In this document: in pieces, positions 24,656 to 36,322 of the stretch
Layout of the letters: each line of letters opens with the position of its first letter
Numbering within the stretch: the stretch's first letter is position 1
Assembly (NCBI GenBank): GCA_049999805.1
Contig: JBNGIO010005486.1
Span: 1-64,000, forward strand
Length of the DNA stretch: 64,000 nt
Origin: Folioceros fuciformis
Taxonomy: Eukaryota
Reading direction: 5' to 3'
Made by a program: the position numbers and the translations under genes
Notes under the pieces: model-generated
What the model was told of the DNA's origin: nothing
Databases searched by the model: none
Seen by the model: the letters and a program-made list of their open reading frames with translations, nothing else

Positions 24656-26923
24656 TTACGCGTTGTGCGATGCTGAATTGCCCACCGCGAGCAACTGTTC
24701 TGGAAAATCAGGACTCTGAAGCTCCTCTAATATTCGGCCATTCAGAATATTGAGGAGCTTTGCCGACGTCACACAACGTGGGGTCTTGTAACTACCGTCT
24801 CCCCCTCCAAGGCCTTTCACATACTCGAGAATCTGCTCGAACGTTCCTCCCTGCACCACGCGGAGCTTCAATGGCCCATGCGTTTTGGCAACCCTTCCCA
24901 CCCTGTAGAAGCTGCCGAAGGACTGATCCATGACTGTGCAGCATGTCTGAAGAGTATCAACGGGCAGATTTTCACTCTTGTTGAGCTCCCAGTAGATTAC
25001 GTAGCAACCTGGTCGAGAAGTCGTATCTGCATGGCTGGTGAAATCCACAACCTCCAGGTGTTCAGCTTCCAGGTGTTTGGCTGCTTTGGAAACCACCGCC
25101 ATCAGCTCCGCTTCATCTGTCTTGTCCGTGTTCACACTCAACAACACATTCTTCCGATACATAAACTTCACAACCGGAGACTGGTGATAGAAGCCTACAA
25201 CCTTCAACACATCTCCCAAGCGGTACCTATACAGACCTGGTCAGGACAAAGGTGAAGGTTTTAGATAAAAAAACGGGGCTGGGATAGTCTCTAGCATCGC
25301 AGGCTACGAGGACAGTAGACGCAGCCTTACCAGTGAAAGTAGTGAAAACAGGCTCGTAGTCCTGTCCCACTTGGAGGTCCCCAAATCCCACGGGCTCACC
25401 CTCCGCATGACTATCGGTAGAAGCCACATGAATCTCATCTTCAACTCCAACATAACTCTCCGTCCTCTTATGGAGTGGGATGAACTCCAAGTAAACCACA
25501 TCTGATGCCAAAGTGAACACAGTGTCGTCTGGAGCATTGCGAGGGTTGAAGTTTGAGCCAATCCAACCCTCCGAGGCACCATAATGTGCTGAAACCTGCA
25601 CGAAGCACAATTCTCATCCTCCTGCTCATAGTCTGAGAAAGAGTGGATGCAACAGGTGCGAGCACATCGAGGCAAACCTAACTCAACTATTGTCCGTAGA
25701 GAGCTCACCAGCGGCAATGCAGGGCCCGCATATCTCTGCACCACAGGCACGTACGGCTTCATGGAACCTGTGATGATCGCTTGAATGTACGTCGCGCTTG
25801 GCCATAACCGTTTAGCAATTCCTTGCCAGTCTCCACATCCACATTCCTTCTCCACCCGAGCCGCAGCATCGGGATCCGGGCCTTCCAAAAGCTTCTCCAC
25901 TGCAACTCTCACTTCTTCTTCCGAGACTCGCTCCACGCTCACCGTCCCCGTCCTCAGATCGTCAGCGAGTTCCTGCCACACTTGTTCCAGGAAGCGAAAT
26001 GCTTCCGAGACGCGATACACGAATATGGAAACAATGGCGTCAACTTTCCGGTAGAGCTTCAGTCCGCACAGAAGATGGCAATACATGGCTTCCCGCGTTC
26101 TCCCAGCGCGAATCACCTCAATCGGGCTGATCGCAGTCGGAAATGGGAACACTACGTTTTTTGGGCGATTCTCGTAAGCTGCGCTCCGGTAAAAGACCGC
26201 CGCAGCGGATCCGAGAGGGAGGCCGCCTTTTGTGGTGGATGCCTTGGATGCGTAGTTAAATGCCAAGGTTTTCGCGCCGGGATTGAGTGGGAACGCCCTG
26301 CCACAAGCGCTCACGGAACATCAACCAGCCATCTCCACAGGATTCCTCCGACGTCCCGTCACAAGGACCTGAGCAAGATTCAAACAAGGAGTAAGATTCA
26401 TACATGTTCCGAAACAAGTCGCATCTCCTGAACATCTTGAAAGGAACACCAGCGACCTCTGTCGTCTGAGGTATCATCTTCAGCTTCCCCCCTGAAGTTC
26501 CAGAGCTGCAGGCACACACACGGGATGAGAGCGCCGAACTTCACTTCACACTCACATTCCACCTAGGGGAGGAAGAAGGAGCCACGCCAAATCCATGACC
26601 TCCGACATTAATCACCTAAGGTACATCGCAGAGATGCGGTCGGCGCACAGAATCGGAGACGTGTCTCCATCTGCGATCCGCTGCAGGTATTCCTCATAGT
26701 CCGCATGAGTTGTGAGGGGTATGCAGGCCTTGAAAGATTGTGCATCGGTCCTGCCATCCAGCCCGTGCCGCTGCAGGTATTCCGTGCCAGCATTCCTCTC
26801 CAAAATGCTCCGAAGAAGCTTCCTCTGCACCTCCACAGCATTCCGCGTGGTATACTGCACCTCATCCCAGACTTCCTTGTCTCCAGGCCGCAACTGGATC
26901 GGCTCGGACTCCACGGTGTCCAT
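24656..26923 (-). CDS. GH3: GH3 acyl acid amido synthetase, paralog 3 (5 exons)
   Basis: MDTVESEPIQLRPGDKEVW; SSGTSGGKLK; HYGASEGW; canonical LYRYRLGD; SYKTPRC. Same four intron positions. Confidence 0.95.
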
Positions 26924-28263
26924 TGCGTCTCAAATCTTCGAGAGTGCGCGGCAGTGATCGATGCGAAAACGAACGGGAGAGGAGCGGGTTTGGACAGAAT
27001 CCGTCAACCTGAATTAGCAGCGCGTGCGACAAGACTTGAACCATCGAAAACAGCAACATCCAGCGCATAACTCAAGACTAGTCAATGGCAACATCCTGAG
27101 CCGACCCCACCAAGCCATCGGCTGCGCTGCTGTTTTCACTCATGCGTTTAAGCCCGATGGACATGTCCGCTCTCGTTCTCCTTCGGTCAAATCCAGAAAA
27201 CTCGTTTGCAGTTTGCTTTGGACGAACGTCATCAAGGTAGAAAACCTGCACCATCCCGCACACTCCTGGTTCCCGGGGCCTAATCTGAAAGCTCCACAGA
27301 GCGCCGCGCCGCGCCGCGCCGCCCCACGTTTTTCAGGCCCTGATAACAAAAACTACACCGGACTTTTGCTTCTGTGCGGTGTGATATTCCATTCCCGATC
27401 CAAGTACATAGACGACTTTTCTCATGGATCATTGAGGCTGAGACAGACGTACCTATTCTAAGGAGACAGGTGGTAGTCGGAAGAGGATAGCTTGCAATTA
27501 CTAAGGTACGTTTACAGCATTATGCAATGTGTTTGCTGATCGAAGTGAACTTAAAGTGAGCTTTATGAGTGCAATGGAATAGGACCAGGAACTGCCGTTG
27601 GAAGAGCCTTTGTGAGCTGCAGCTTCAGCCTAGATAGATAGAAGGATATGTGCCGCAAGCTTGGATGCAGAAGTTGAATCCGCGGGTTTTGTCTTGACGG
27701 AGGCTTGGGTCTTCCCTTTGCTGTTCGCCGAACTCATCCAAGTTTGTGCGAGAGTCTGCTCACAATCGCCGCACTTGAAGGACGTTGTGGAAGGAATGAA
27801 CCGTGATACCTAGCGAAGGTGAAGAAGAGTCTCTCTGGCACCTTCCTCTTTGTTGGAAGTGAAGAGTATCTTCCAAGGACGAACGGAGTGTGTGTGATCA
27901 TCGGGTGTTGGTATAGTAAGGGAATCAAGTTTGCTGCGACGCTCCCGATTCCCATCTTGCTAGAGCAGCTCCGCTTTCGTTGCAAGGCAGTGCTGTGAAC
28001 ACGGAAGCGATAACGGCAAAGCTGAGCAAAGTAAGCTCAACAAAGTGATGAAGCGGAAACGAACCGAAAAGGAGCAACGTGTGTCTCAACAAACGCGGAA
28101 TTTGGCGGTGTGAAAGGCATAAAGTGGATTTGTTTGGTGTGGGGAGTGTGTGGATGTGCTGAAAGAGAGAAGATTCCAGGTTTACGTGGCTCAGTGTCGA
28201 TGGAGGAGGAATTCGAAGCAACAATTTGGCTCGCTAAGGTGCGGTAGCAGCGCAGAGCTGGCG

Positions 28264-29490
28264 ATGGATTCCGATGGGAGCTTCCCGGGAGGCCTCGACA
28301 CGCTGGACCGGCTGCTGGAGGCGCATCTGCCACCGGAAGCTTTGGCGCAGGTGCGGAGAGTGATGCTGGGACTGAACGGGACGGAGCCGGTTGGAAGGCT
28401 GAAGCTCCCGGAGGCGGTCCGGATGTTGGCCAGTTTCGGGAAGTTTGACGTACAGGGGTACCAGTTCTCGGCGGCCAGGGAGGAGCTGCGGTCGCCGCGG
28501 CTGGTGCGGATCGGGCTCATCCAGAACGCAGTGGTGCTGCCTACCACGGCGCCGAAGGAGGAGCAGCGGATGGCGCTCATGGAGCGGGTGGGAAAGCTGG
28601 TGCACATGGCGGGGGAGGCGGGGGTGAACGTGCTGTGTTTGCAGGAGGCGTGGACAATGCCGTTTGCCTTTTGCACCAGGGAGAAGAGCTGGTGCGAGTT
28701 CGCGGAGAACGTGCACGGGGAGAGCACGGTCTACCTGCAGGACTTGGCGAAGCGGTATCGCATGGTGGTGGTGAGCCCGATTTTGGAGAGGGACGAGGTG
28801 CACGGCGGGGTGCTGTGGAATACCGCTGTGGTTATTGGCAGCAAGGGGAACGTCATAGGGAAGCACCGAAAGAATCATATTCCCAGGGTGGGGGATTTCA
28901 ATGAGAGTACATATTACATGGAGGGGGACACAGGGCATCCAGTGTTCGAGACGGAGTATGGTAAGATTGCTGTCAATATCTGCTACGGCAGACATCATAC
29001 TCTTAACTGGCAGGCGTTTGGGTTAAATGGGGCGGAGATTGTGTTTAATCCGTCTGCTACTGTTGGGGAGCTGAGTGAGCCCATGTGGGGCATTGAGGCA
29101 AGGAATGCTGCTATTGCTAACAGCTACTTTGTGGGTGCTATCAATCGTGTGGGGACTGAGCATTTCCCCAGACCCTTTACTTCCGGGGATGGTAAGCCTG
29201 CTCATACTGATTTTGGGCATTTCTATGGCTCCAGCTATGTGGCTGCCCCGGATGCTTCTTGCACTCCTAGCCTTTCTCGTTGCAAGGATGGGCTCATGGT
29301 TGCGCTGGTAGATCTCAACTTGTGCCAGCAAGTGAAGGACAAGTGGGGTTTTAGAATGACGGCTCGATATGATATGTACGCCCAGCTCTTTAACAGGTAC
29401 TTGCAGCACAACTTCAAGCCGCAGATTGTCAGGGATCCGGCTTTGGACGAGCATGAGCAGAATGGATATCCCAGTGTCAAACCTGTCTGA
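28264..29490 (+). CDS. PYD3: Beta-ureidopropionase (beta-alanine synthase, nitrilase superfamily), intronless
   Basis: Single ORF with the catalytic triad motifs [22 protein letters not shown] and NICYGRHH, plus [15 protein letters not shown]. Confidence 0.95.
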   Translation: MDSDGSFPGGLDTLDRLLEAHLPPEALAQVRRVMLGLNGTEPVGRLKLPEAVRMLASFGKFDVQGYQFSAAREELRSPRLVRIGLIQNAVVLPTTAPKEEQRMALMERVGKLVHMAGEAGVNVLCLQEAWTMPFAFCTREKSWCEFAENVHGESTVYLQDLAKRYRMVVVSPILERDEVHGGVLWNTAVVIGSKGNVIGKHRKNHIPRVGDFNESTYYMEGDTGHPVFETEYGKIAVNICYGRHHTLNWQAFGLNGAEIVFNPSATVGELSEPMWGIEARNAAIANSYFVGAINRVGTEHFPRPFTSGDGKPAHTDFGHFYGSSYVAAPDASCTPSLSRCKDGLMVALVDLNLCQQVKDKWGFRMTARYDMYAQLFNRYLQHNFKPQIVRDPALDEHEQNGYPSVKPV

Positions 29491-29818
29491 GGTTTGACCA
29501 ACATCTGTACAAAATTGTAAAGAGCCACCTTCCGCCGAGGCGATTTTTTGTATACGTAGATGACTCAGGGTAGAGGTCCCATTCAAAAAGGAGCTTTCCC
29601 GAGGTCCTTGACCGCTGTCCGAGCAGCGAAAGCAGGGAGACGTCATGAGATCTTACATCAGAGGGGCTGATTCACAGTATTCGGAAACTCGATTGTCTGG
29701 TTTGTAGGGAGCACTGAGGGTGTTATAAGCCAACTACCCTCCTCGTTTACATTGTACAGAACTCTTCCTTGATAGAAAGTTTACAAGGGGTCAAAATTGT
29801 GTGAGCAGTGTATGGTGG

Positions 29819-31570
29819 CTACAGTTGCAATTTGGTCCTCCATGTGCGGCCAACAATCTTCTTGGGAGAAGGGTCATCAACTCCTTTGTCCCTCTGCCCC
29901 GAAGTCACGTACAGCCAGCCATCCCAGTAGGCAACCAACGCAGTTTTCACCCGGTAGGGCAGCTGCCCAAGTGTTCTCCAAGCCTGGAAGGCGGCATGAG
30001 GTGTGAGGCTCCTCTCCAGTGGTCATTGACATGGTTTTCGATACGAAAAAAAGGGAAAGACGGCGAGTCATGAAAGTCTTACCAGCTGCTTTGTGTCAAA
30101 CAGAAATATGTCTCCAATGAGTACCATTCTTTTGGTCACTGGATTCTTCTCTGTTGAACCACCAGCGGTGATGATCAGGTGCCCAGTTACTGCGGCTGCA
30201 AACTCTATATGAGAAACAGGCTTGGGCACTGAAGGCAGGGAACCCCAGTTGGAAGCCACATCATCCAACATGTACACGTCTCCATAAACCGTCTGCAAAG
30301 CCAGGAAGTGTCAGCCGAACGCAGATGCCACAGGAGCTATCGGAAGCTACCTGAAGGAAGGGTTGTGGAAGCAACCTCTAGCTGACGAGAACACTTGAAG
30401 ATTGGTGAACCGTGTTTGGCGACGAAGTCTCCCTCTTGCCCACCTATTACGTACAGACGGTCTTCAATCACCACAGAGGCTCTGCTTGCCACAGACCACA
30501 CTGGATTCAGTTGGCAATCAAAGGGTTCCCAGGCCTTACGATATGCAGGAATTTATTGCTACCTGTGCGGGCCACCTCGGGGGATTGAAACTTCACTGCG
30601 CCAATCACTTTCAAGGGCCTTGCCATGCTGCACAGCAAGGCTCCAGTGATCCAATGCAGGCTCTCGACGGTTCTCCTTGCTACCTCCCATAACGTGCAGC
30701 CTCCCCTTCCACAGTTGCGTAGCAGGTGCGTATCTGTCAACCACATCAAACCTATGGTAAACCACTGGACCCAACGAACCCACTAGCAATCTAGTTGGGA
30801 TGACCAGATTTGGCTGCTTCTTGATACCTTGGTACAGGGAGGGGCGGAAGGGTCGACCAGTCGCCTGTGCGACTGTCATAAACAAAATTGGCCGCTGTTG
30901 GTCCACGACATTGTGGCCCATGCTGGCCTGTGACGACGTAAATATATTGGCCATCTGTGGCCATTCCTAGGTGGGAATGTGCCATGCCCTTGGGCATTTT
31001 GATCTGCTGTCCCCAAGTATTATTCCTCAAGTCGTACACATCTACATGGGAATGCACCTGTTTCTCCAGCACCCAGCAGTGACACAGCCTGACTCAAAAC
31101 AATGTCCAAGGCGTTGCAACAGGTCAACAGCCACAGCAGCTTCAATCACCTCATCAATTGTACTGTATCCCGCGAAAACATACAACAGGTGGCCAATTTG
31201 CACGGCAGCTCCGTCCAGGCGTCTCACAGGAGCCTCTGCAACCTCTTCCCACTTCAAAGTTGGCAGGTCTACGCTCTCCTCCTCAATGTCCATCTCCTGA
31301 CAGTTAGCAGTTCCGCGAAATGCGCAATCAGGTTTTTTCTCGCATCCCTGAGTTGGAAACATGGCAGAACTCTCACTCAATTACCGTGACGGCTTCCTCC
31401 GCAGCAGGCTCTGAGTCACGGGAGTGGGAGCTCCATCCCGAAAACATGGCAGTCTGTGTGGTAGCCCACAGCAGGTTGGCGAGCACCACAACGCTGACCA
31501 CGCTTGCGCAAGCTCCTAGGACTGCGTGTCTGCACCACCACCTGGCCACGGTGTTGTTGGCGTGTCCCAT
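29819..31570 (-). CDS. Kelch-repeat protein with an N-terminal membrane anchor (multi-exon)
   Basis: Hydrophobic N-terminus; WEEVAEAPVRRLDGAAVQIGHLLYVFAGY; MAHSHLGMATDGQYIYVVTGQHGPQC; GRLHVMGGSKENR; last exon LPYRVKTALVAYWDGWLYVTSGQR...WRTKLQL, TAG 29819-29821. Confidence 0.88.
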
Positions 31571-31992
31571 CGAACGAGTGAAACAAAGGGCGGTTTAAGC
31601 TATACGCAGCTTCCCCGACATCTTGAACGCGTTCGGTGGCTTCTCAAGTTCCTCGGCAGCAAGTCACACCAATGGAGTATAGCTTCACTGGCATTGACGG
31701 AGAATTTTCCGAGACAAGCTGTACACATGGTTGTGCGCTCCTGGGATCAAGGTGCGGCGATGCCTGGCAGCTTTTCACCAGCTGCTGCCGAAGAGTTTCG
31801 ACGAGACGTTTCATCTGTAAGCCCGTGTGATATGACTTGTTGGCATAAGGGGCCGTCCACATTGCCCACGGGACCTGTACACATGAGGTGACTGGGCTCG
31901 CTACTCCAGTCATTTCTTAGAGCACTCGTGTGGAATTCTTTTGCTTCCCTCCTGATGATGCAGAGGGATAGACAGTTAGGCAACAGTCTCTG

Positions 31993-32620
31993 TTTTCCAC
32001 CATGCTTAAACTGTGTACAGCTAAGAAGAATTTTCTTGTCGGGCGACGAGTTCACGATTAAACTTGGGCACCAGTAGAGTGCCTACTTGGGGAACCATAC
32101 CTTGCGCGTGTGTGCATGTATGTGGAGGTAATCTGCAGGAGCTCATGCATGTGTTCATAAGGGCGGGCAAACGGAATGTCTTCATGTGGTTTTCCATAAT
32201 CTCTGCACATGCTAAGCAAGGGGGACTGTACTCTGCGATGCGTAGTTTAGGAGCGCAGGCGAATACCCACGTCTGTGTAGCTGCCCTTCAGGCTTCCACC
32301 CTCGCTGCCGTTTTGATGCGTGGCAGGAAACAACTGTGACTTGTTGCTGAGGGGCACTTGTATTGACTTGTTTGTTGGCAACCGCATGGTCGGCATGTAT
32401 GAAAAACGTGGTGAGTGAAAGATTGACAACAGGCTCTCGAAAGAATGGCCAACAAGGATCTGGTGACATACACAGCTCTGATTGCCGGGTATGCAGAGCA
32501 AGGGCTCGGCCACGAGGCACTTGTTGTGTATGAACGAATGGGGCAGGAGGGCCCGATTGTGGCGGACCATGTTACTTCGTTTGCCTTCTCAGGGCCTGTG
32601 CAGGCGCTGGTGCCTTACAG
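31993..32620 (+). pseudogene. Degraded PLS-class pentatricopeptide repeat gene fragment
   Basis: Collinear PPR-like pieces in shifting frames: FSTMLKLCTAKKNFLVGRRVHD(stop), RNVFMWFSIISAHAKQG, VGNRMVGMYEKRGE(stop), KDLVTYTALIAGYAEQGLGHEALVVYERMGQEG. Confidence 0.75.
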
Positions 32621-32729
32621 AAGTGCAGTCAGCTGCACGGTTCCTCACAGTTCTATGCTTTCCATGCTGGTTTTCTTGAAACCTGCGTGCTCGGAAGAAA
32701 CTGAAAGGTGTGATGAACTCGTCGTATTC

Positions 32730-35700
32730 TTAAATCACCAAATTCTGCAAGTGCAAACTTGTTGGATAGAGCTGCCTCGCAAGAGCTATCCCAGCATGCA
32801 TTCCGTCCACTGCAGCACTCACGATACCACCTGCATATCCCGCTCCCTCGCCAATGGGATATAAGCCTTGCATAGAGATACATTGAAAGGTTGTCTCATG
32901 TCGATCAATCCTCAGGGGAGAGCTTGTTCTTGTCTAGTGACCAAAACAGAACACATGATCAATGGAGGCGACATGCTCCCAAAATAAGAGAATGCGCCAG
33001 TGTCACCAAGATTTGCTGTACCTCAACACCATGCAACAGGCCACGTTTGTCAATAAACCCTGGCATCTGTGATCATGCAGTTACTGTCAGTGCGAATATT
33101 GTGGCGAATCCCAGCAAGGCAACGGTGCAGTGCAGGTACAAGGCACAAACCTGACGATCAAAAAGTGCTAATCCTTCTTTCAAGGCCTCTGTGAGATGAG
33201 GTGGAAGCATGTCATGCAAAGGTGCGGCTCGCACACCAAGCCTGTAACTGGAAGATGGAAGCTGATTTCCTGCCACTTCATTCATGTCAGTTCCAATACA
33301 AACTCACTGTTATGTCATGGGAAGTTCAGTACCCTCAAGAATTATTGGCAGATTGCACGAATACCTGACAGGACATCATCCAGAAAGTCTGGGACAGTTT
33401 GCGCAGGCGCCACAAGATGACCACCTCCTCGGCAGGCTGCTTCCTGTTCAATTCTCCTCTGGATTCAGTGACAAGACGTGAGTGTTTTCGGGCGATACGA
33501 CGCTACATTAAAAGCATCAAGCTAATGGTTAGTACCTGGAAGGCAACAGTTGGCAGTGGGTCAGTTTCAGAGACAAATGCCTTGCACTCATTCGCAGCCA
33601 CAGACACTACGATAGCTGCATTAGCCCATTTAGATGAGCGATTTGAGAATGACATTCCATTGATGCAGAGCTCTGTTTCAATTGTGCTTGTTGGGACAAC
33701 CTGCCCAAAGACAAACAGTCGTAACAATATGCTGTTTAGTGAACGCCTAAACACAAGGGAAGGCACATTGCTACAGCGATCCTGAAGAACGTCTAACAGA
33801 GTACCTGGCCCCCAGGGCACATACAGAATGAGTAGCACCCCCTGCTAGACTTCTCCTCACAAGCCGAGTGAGCAAGATTTGCAGCAACCTTATAATCTGC
33901 GACAGGAACTTTTCCTCTTCCTCTTTGAACTTCTGCAGCCCATTTTCGATACTGTCACAAGGCAGGGGAATCAGGGAGAAAGCACACACAAACAAAGGAC
34001 CGAGTAAAACTCTGCCAAACGGTGCAAGGCATAGACATTTCTGCTTACTTGCATCTCATTGATAAGCTCCTGAGGATGCTCAACCCGAAAGCCAACCTGC
34101 CTAATTTATCATGTGAGATATAAACAAGACCCAGATTTAGAGGAGAGCCAGCAATAAAAATCACCAAGGAATCCTACCGCGAAATCCTTTGGGGTCAAGA
34201 GAATATTATGAGAAAGAAGCTGCTCATATACATCACGCGCAGAGTGTCCCACACCCAGTACGACTGCATCAGCCTCAAGCAAGGCTGCCGGTTGTCCCAG
34301 TGACTGATTGATGGAGGTCACCTTGATCCCTACAGTCCGTCCGTTGCGTACCACCAAATCTTCCATTTTTGTTCCAAACATAATCTTGACCTGAGAAGCA
34401 AGAATGTTGCCTGGGTTCAACCCATTCCAGATGGGATAACAGGAGCAGGGGAACCGTGGTGGAAATAGCCTAAAACTATCAAGCCACAATATCAATACCA
34501 CAAGCAAGTGGAATATGAAGGTGCAGATTTGCACACTACACATTACCCCAAGATCCTGCAGATGCAGCCGGAAAGCACGGAGTATGTGTATCAGCTTGTC
34601 AGTCCCAACATGCGGTTTCCCATCAATCAAGATATGTGCAGGTGCTCCGAAACGCACCAGAGTTGCAAGGACCTGAGAGCAAATTAACAGCTTGAGATAC
34701 AAACTGAGGCAAGGACAACTAACCAGGGCAGGGGAGGATAAAACACAGAAACTCAACTCACTGTTTGCACATTAACGCCGTTCTTCCCTGTGCGAGTTGT
34801 CAACTTTCCATCACTCCAAGTACCTGCACCACCCTATAAAAAGAATCAGAATCAGCCAACGATGCGAATAACACCAAAACCAAAGGAACTCGGAGATGAC
34901 ATCTACCAATCGTACCATTCCAGGGTCTGGGAAAACGGTGATGGACAAACCTCTCCAAAGCACAGGTTACTCTCAGGGTTCAAAATGCTCCTAACCATGA
35001 GTGCCCCAATGTCCCTGCCCCTTCCCTGCACAGGCTGACCCCTCTCCACCAATATGACCTCTACATTACATTCAGCGAGTGTCAGGGCTGCAAAAAGACC
35101 CGCAGGCCCACTTCCCACCACCACAACCCTTGGTTTCCTAGGCTGCGTTGAGGCTTGATTTGAAGAAGTAATCCTAGATTGCAGTAGTCCAGGATCATGC
35201 ATCCTGAGCTCGTCACTGTGCGTATCCTGTGTCTGCATTCCTTGGTGGATGCGAGACATCAAATCAGTTGGTGTCCTTGACGTCTCACAAAACTCTCGCT
35301 TCCCTGCTTTGGGCTTAATTCGTGAAAGAAATTGTTTGCTCCCAGGCCACAACTTTACAAGAACATCCACATGCATGTCAACTGTATATACAAACGTGGG
35401 TGGTTCCTGTTCACAGGAACTGGCAAAATCAAGCTGCGTCCTCCTTCAACTCCCAGCTGAATCCAATCTTCACCTTTAAGCAAGTCGCAAAACCTTACCT
35501 GTCTAGCATCGAACGACTTTCGCACTATCGAGAATGCGCACCGTGGAAGACGATCAGCCTGCAAATGTCACACGTTCTCATTTCAGAGGAAGAGGTCAAT
35601 CTTTCAGCAGATGAGATGACCTTCGGTCAACACCTGTCGGCGACTCAAGCAATCGCATTCAGGAGCCACCAAGCATTTAACTCACTGGGATCTGCAGAGA

Positions 35701-36165
35701 GGCAGCAATAGCTTCCAAAAGGGCATCGAACACCGTGAAGTCATCCTTTCCCAAATCTTGTTCAACCCGTACTTCTATCTGGTACATTCTCCATACTCCT
35801 GTGCCGATGTCAATTTCATCCGTAGCCCGCCTACTATCGTGCTTCCTTCTCTTGGGCTTCGTGGGTGCATGATTTGTTGGCACCTTTTTGTTTGATAGAA
35901 TCACATCCCGGCCCTTAGCTAGTGCAACTCTGCAACACACCGTTGGATGGATTCCACCGCGACGTTTCTCGGCGCTGGGGAAGACTCTGGACCCAGGAGC
36001 TCTAACCGGGGTGGGCAGTGTGGACCACTCAACGCCAAGCGCTAAGACATCAATACCCAAGGAACCATGCCTTTGGTGAGACAGAATTGATGCAGGATTG
36101 CTGTGCAACAGCTGGACTCCATACGAGCTGGAAGAGCATTGATGGACTGTTTGCCATTCCCGCAT
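32730..36165 (-). CDS. FAD/NAD(P)-binding oxidoreductase, probably plastid-targeted (multi-exon)
   Basis: Rossmann motif VVVGSGPAGLFAAL; SNLCFGEGGAGTWSDGKLTTR; KPHVGTDKL; final exon TRTSSPLRI...GLYPIGEGAGYAGGIVSAAVDG, TAA 32730-32732. Start is ATG 36165 or in-frame ATG 36288. Confidence 0.88.
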
Positions 36166-36322
36166 CGTGACCCAGGAAGGAGCCCAAAATTCCTGTCGAA
36201 GTTGCTTGCTGTTCAGGAGAAAGGCTCGAAATATCTGGGGTTTAAGCTTAGGGTTCTGATTTCTGGTGATCGTCTCTACTACACCCATGACCCTCTGGCA
36301 TTGTTGGTGGATTGCTTAAAGA

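Noticed and set aside
17666-26431. Long + strand ORFs antisense to the GH3 and BAHD exons (e.g. 20851-21711, 25823-26431)
   Set aside because: Shadow ORFs expected from GC-rich codon usage, with no motifs.
27480-28150. Possible miRNA or snoRNA in the GH3-3/PYD3 spacer
   Set aside because: No recognisable mature miRNA, clear hairpin or paired C/D boxes could be established by eye.
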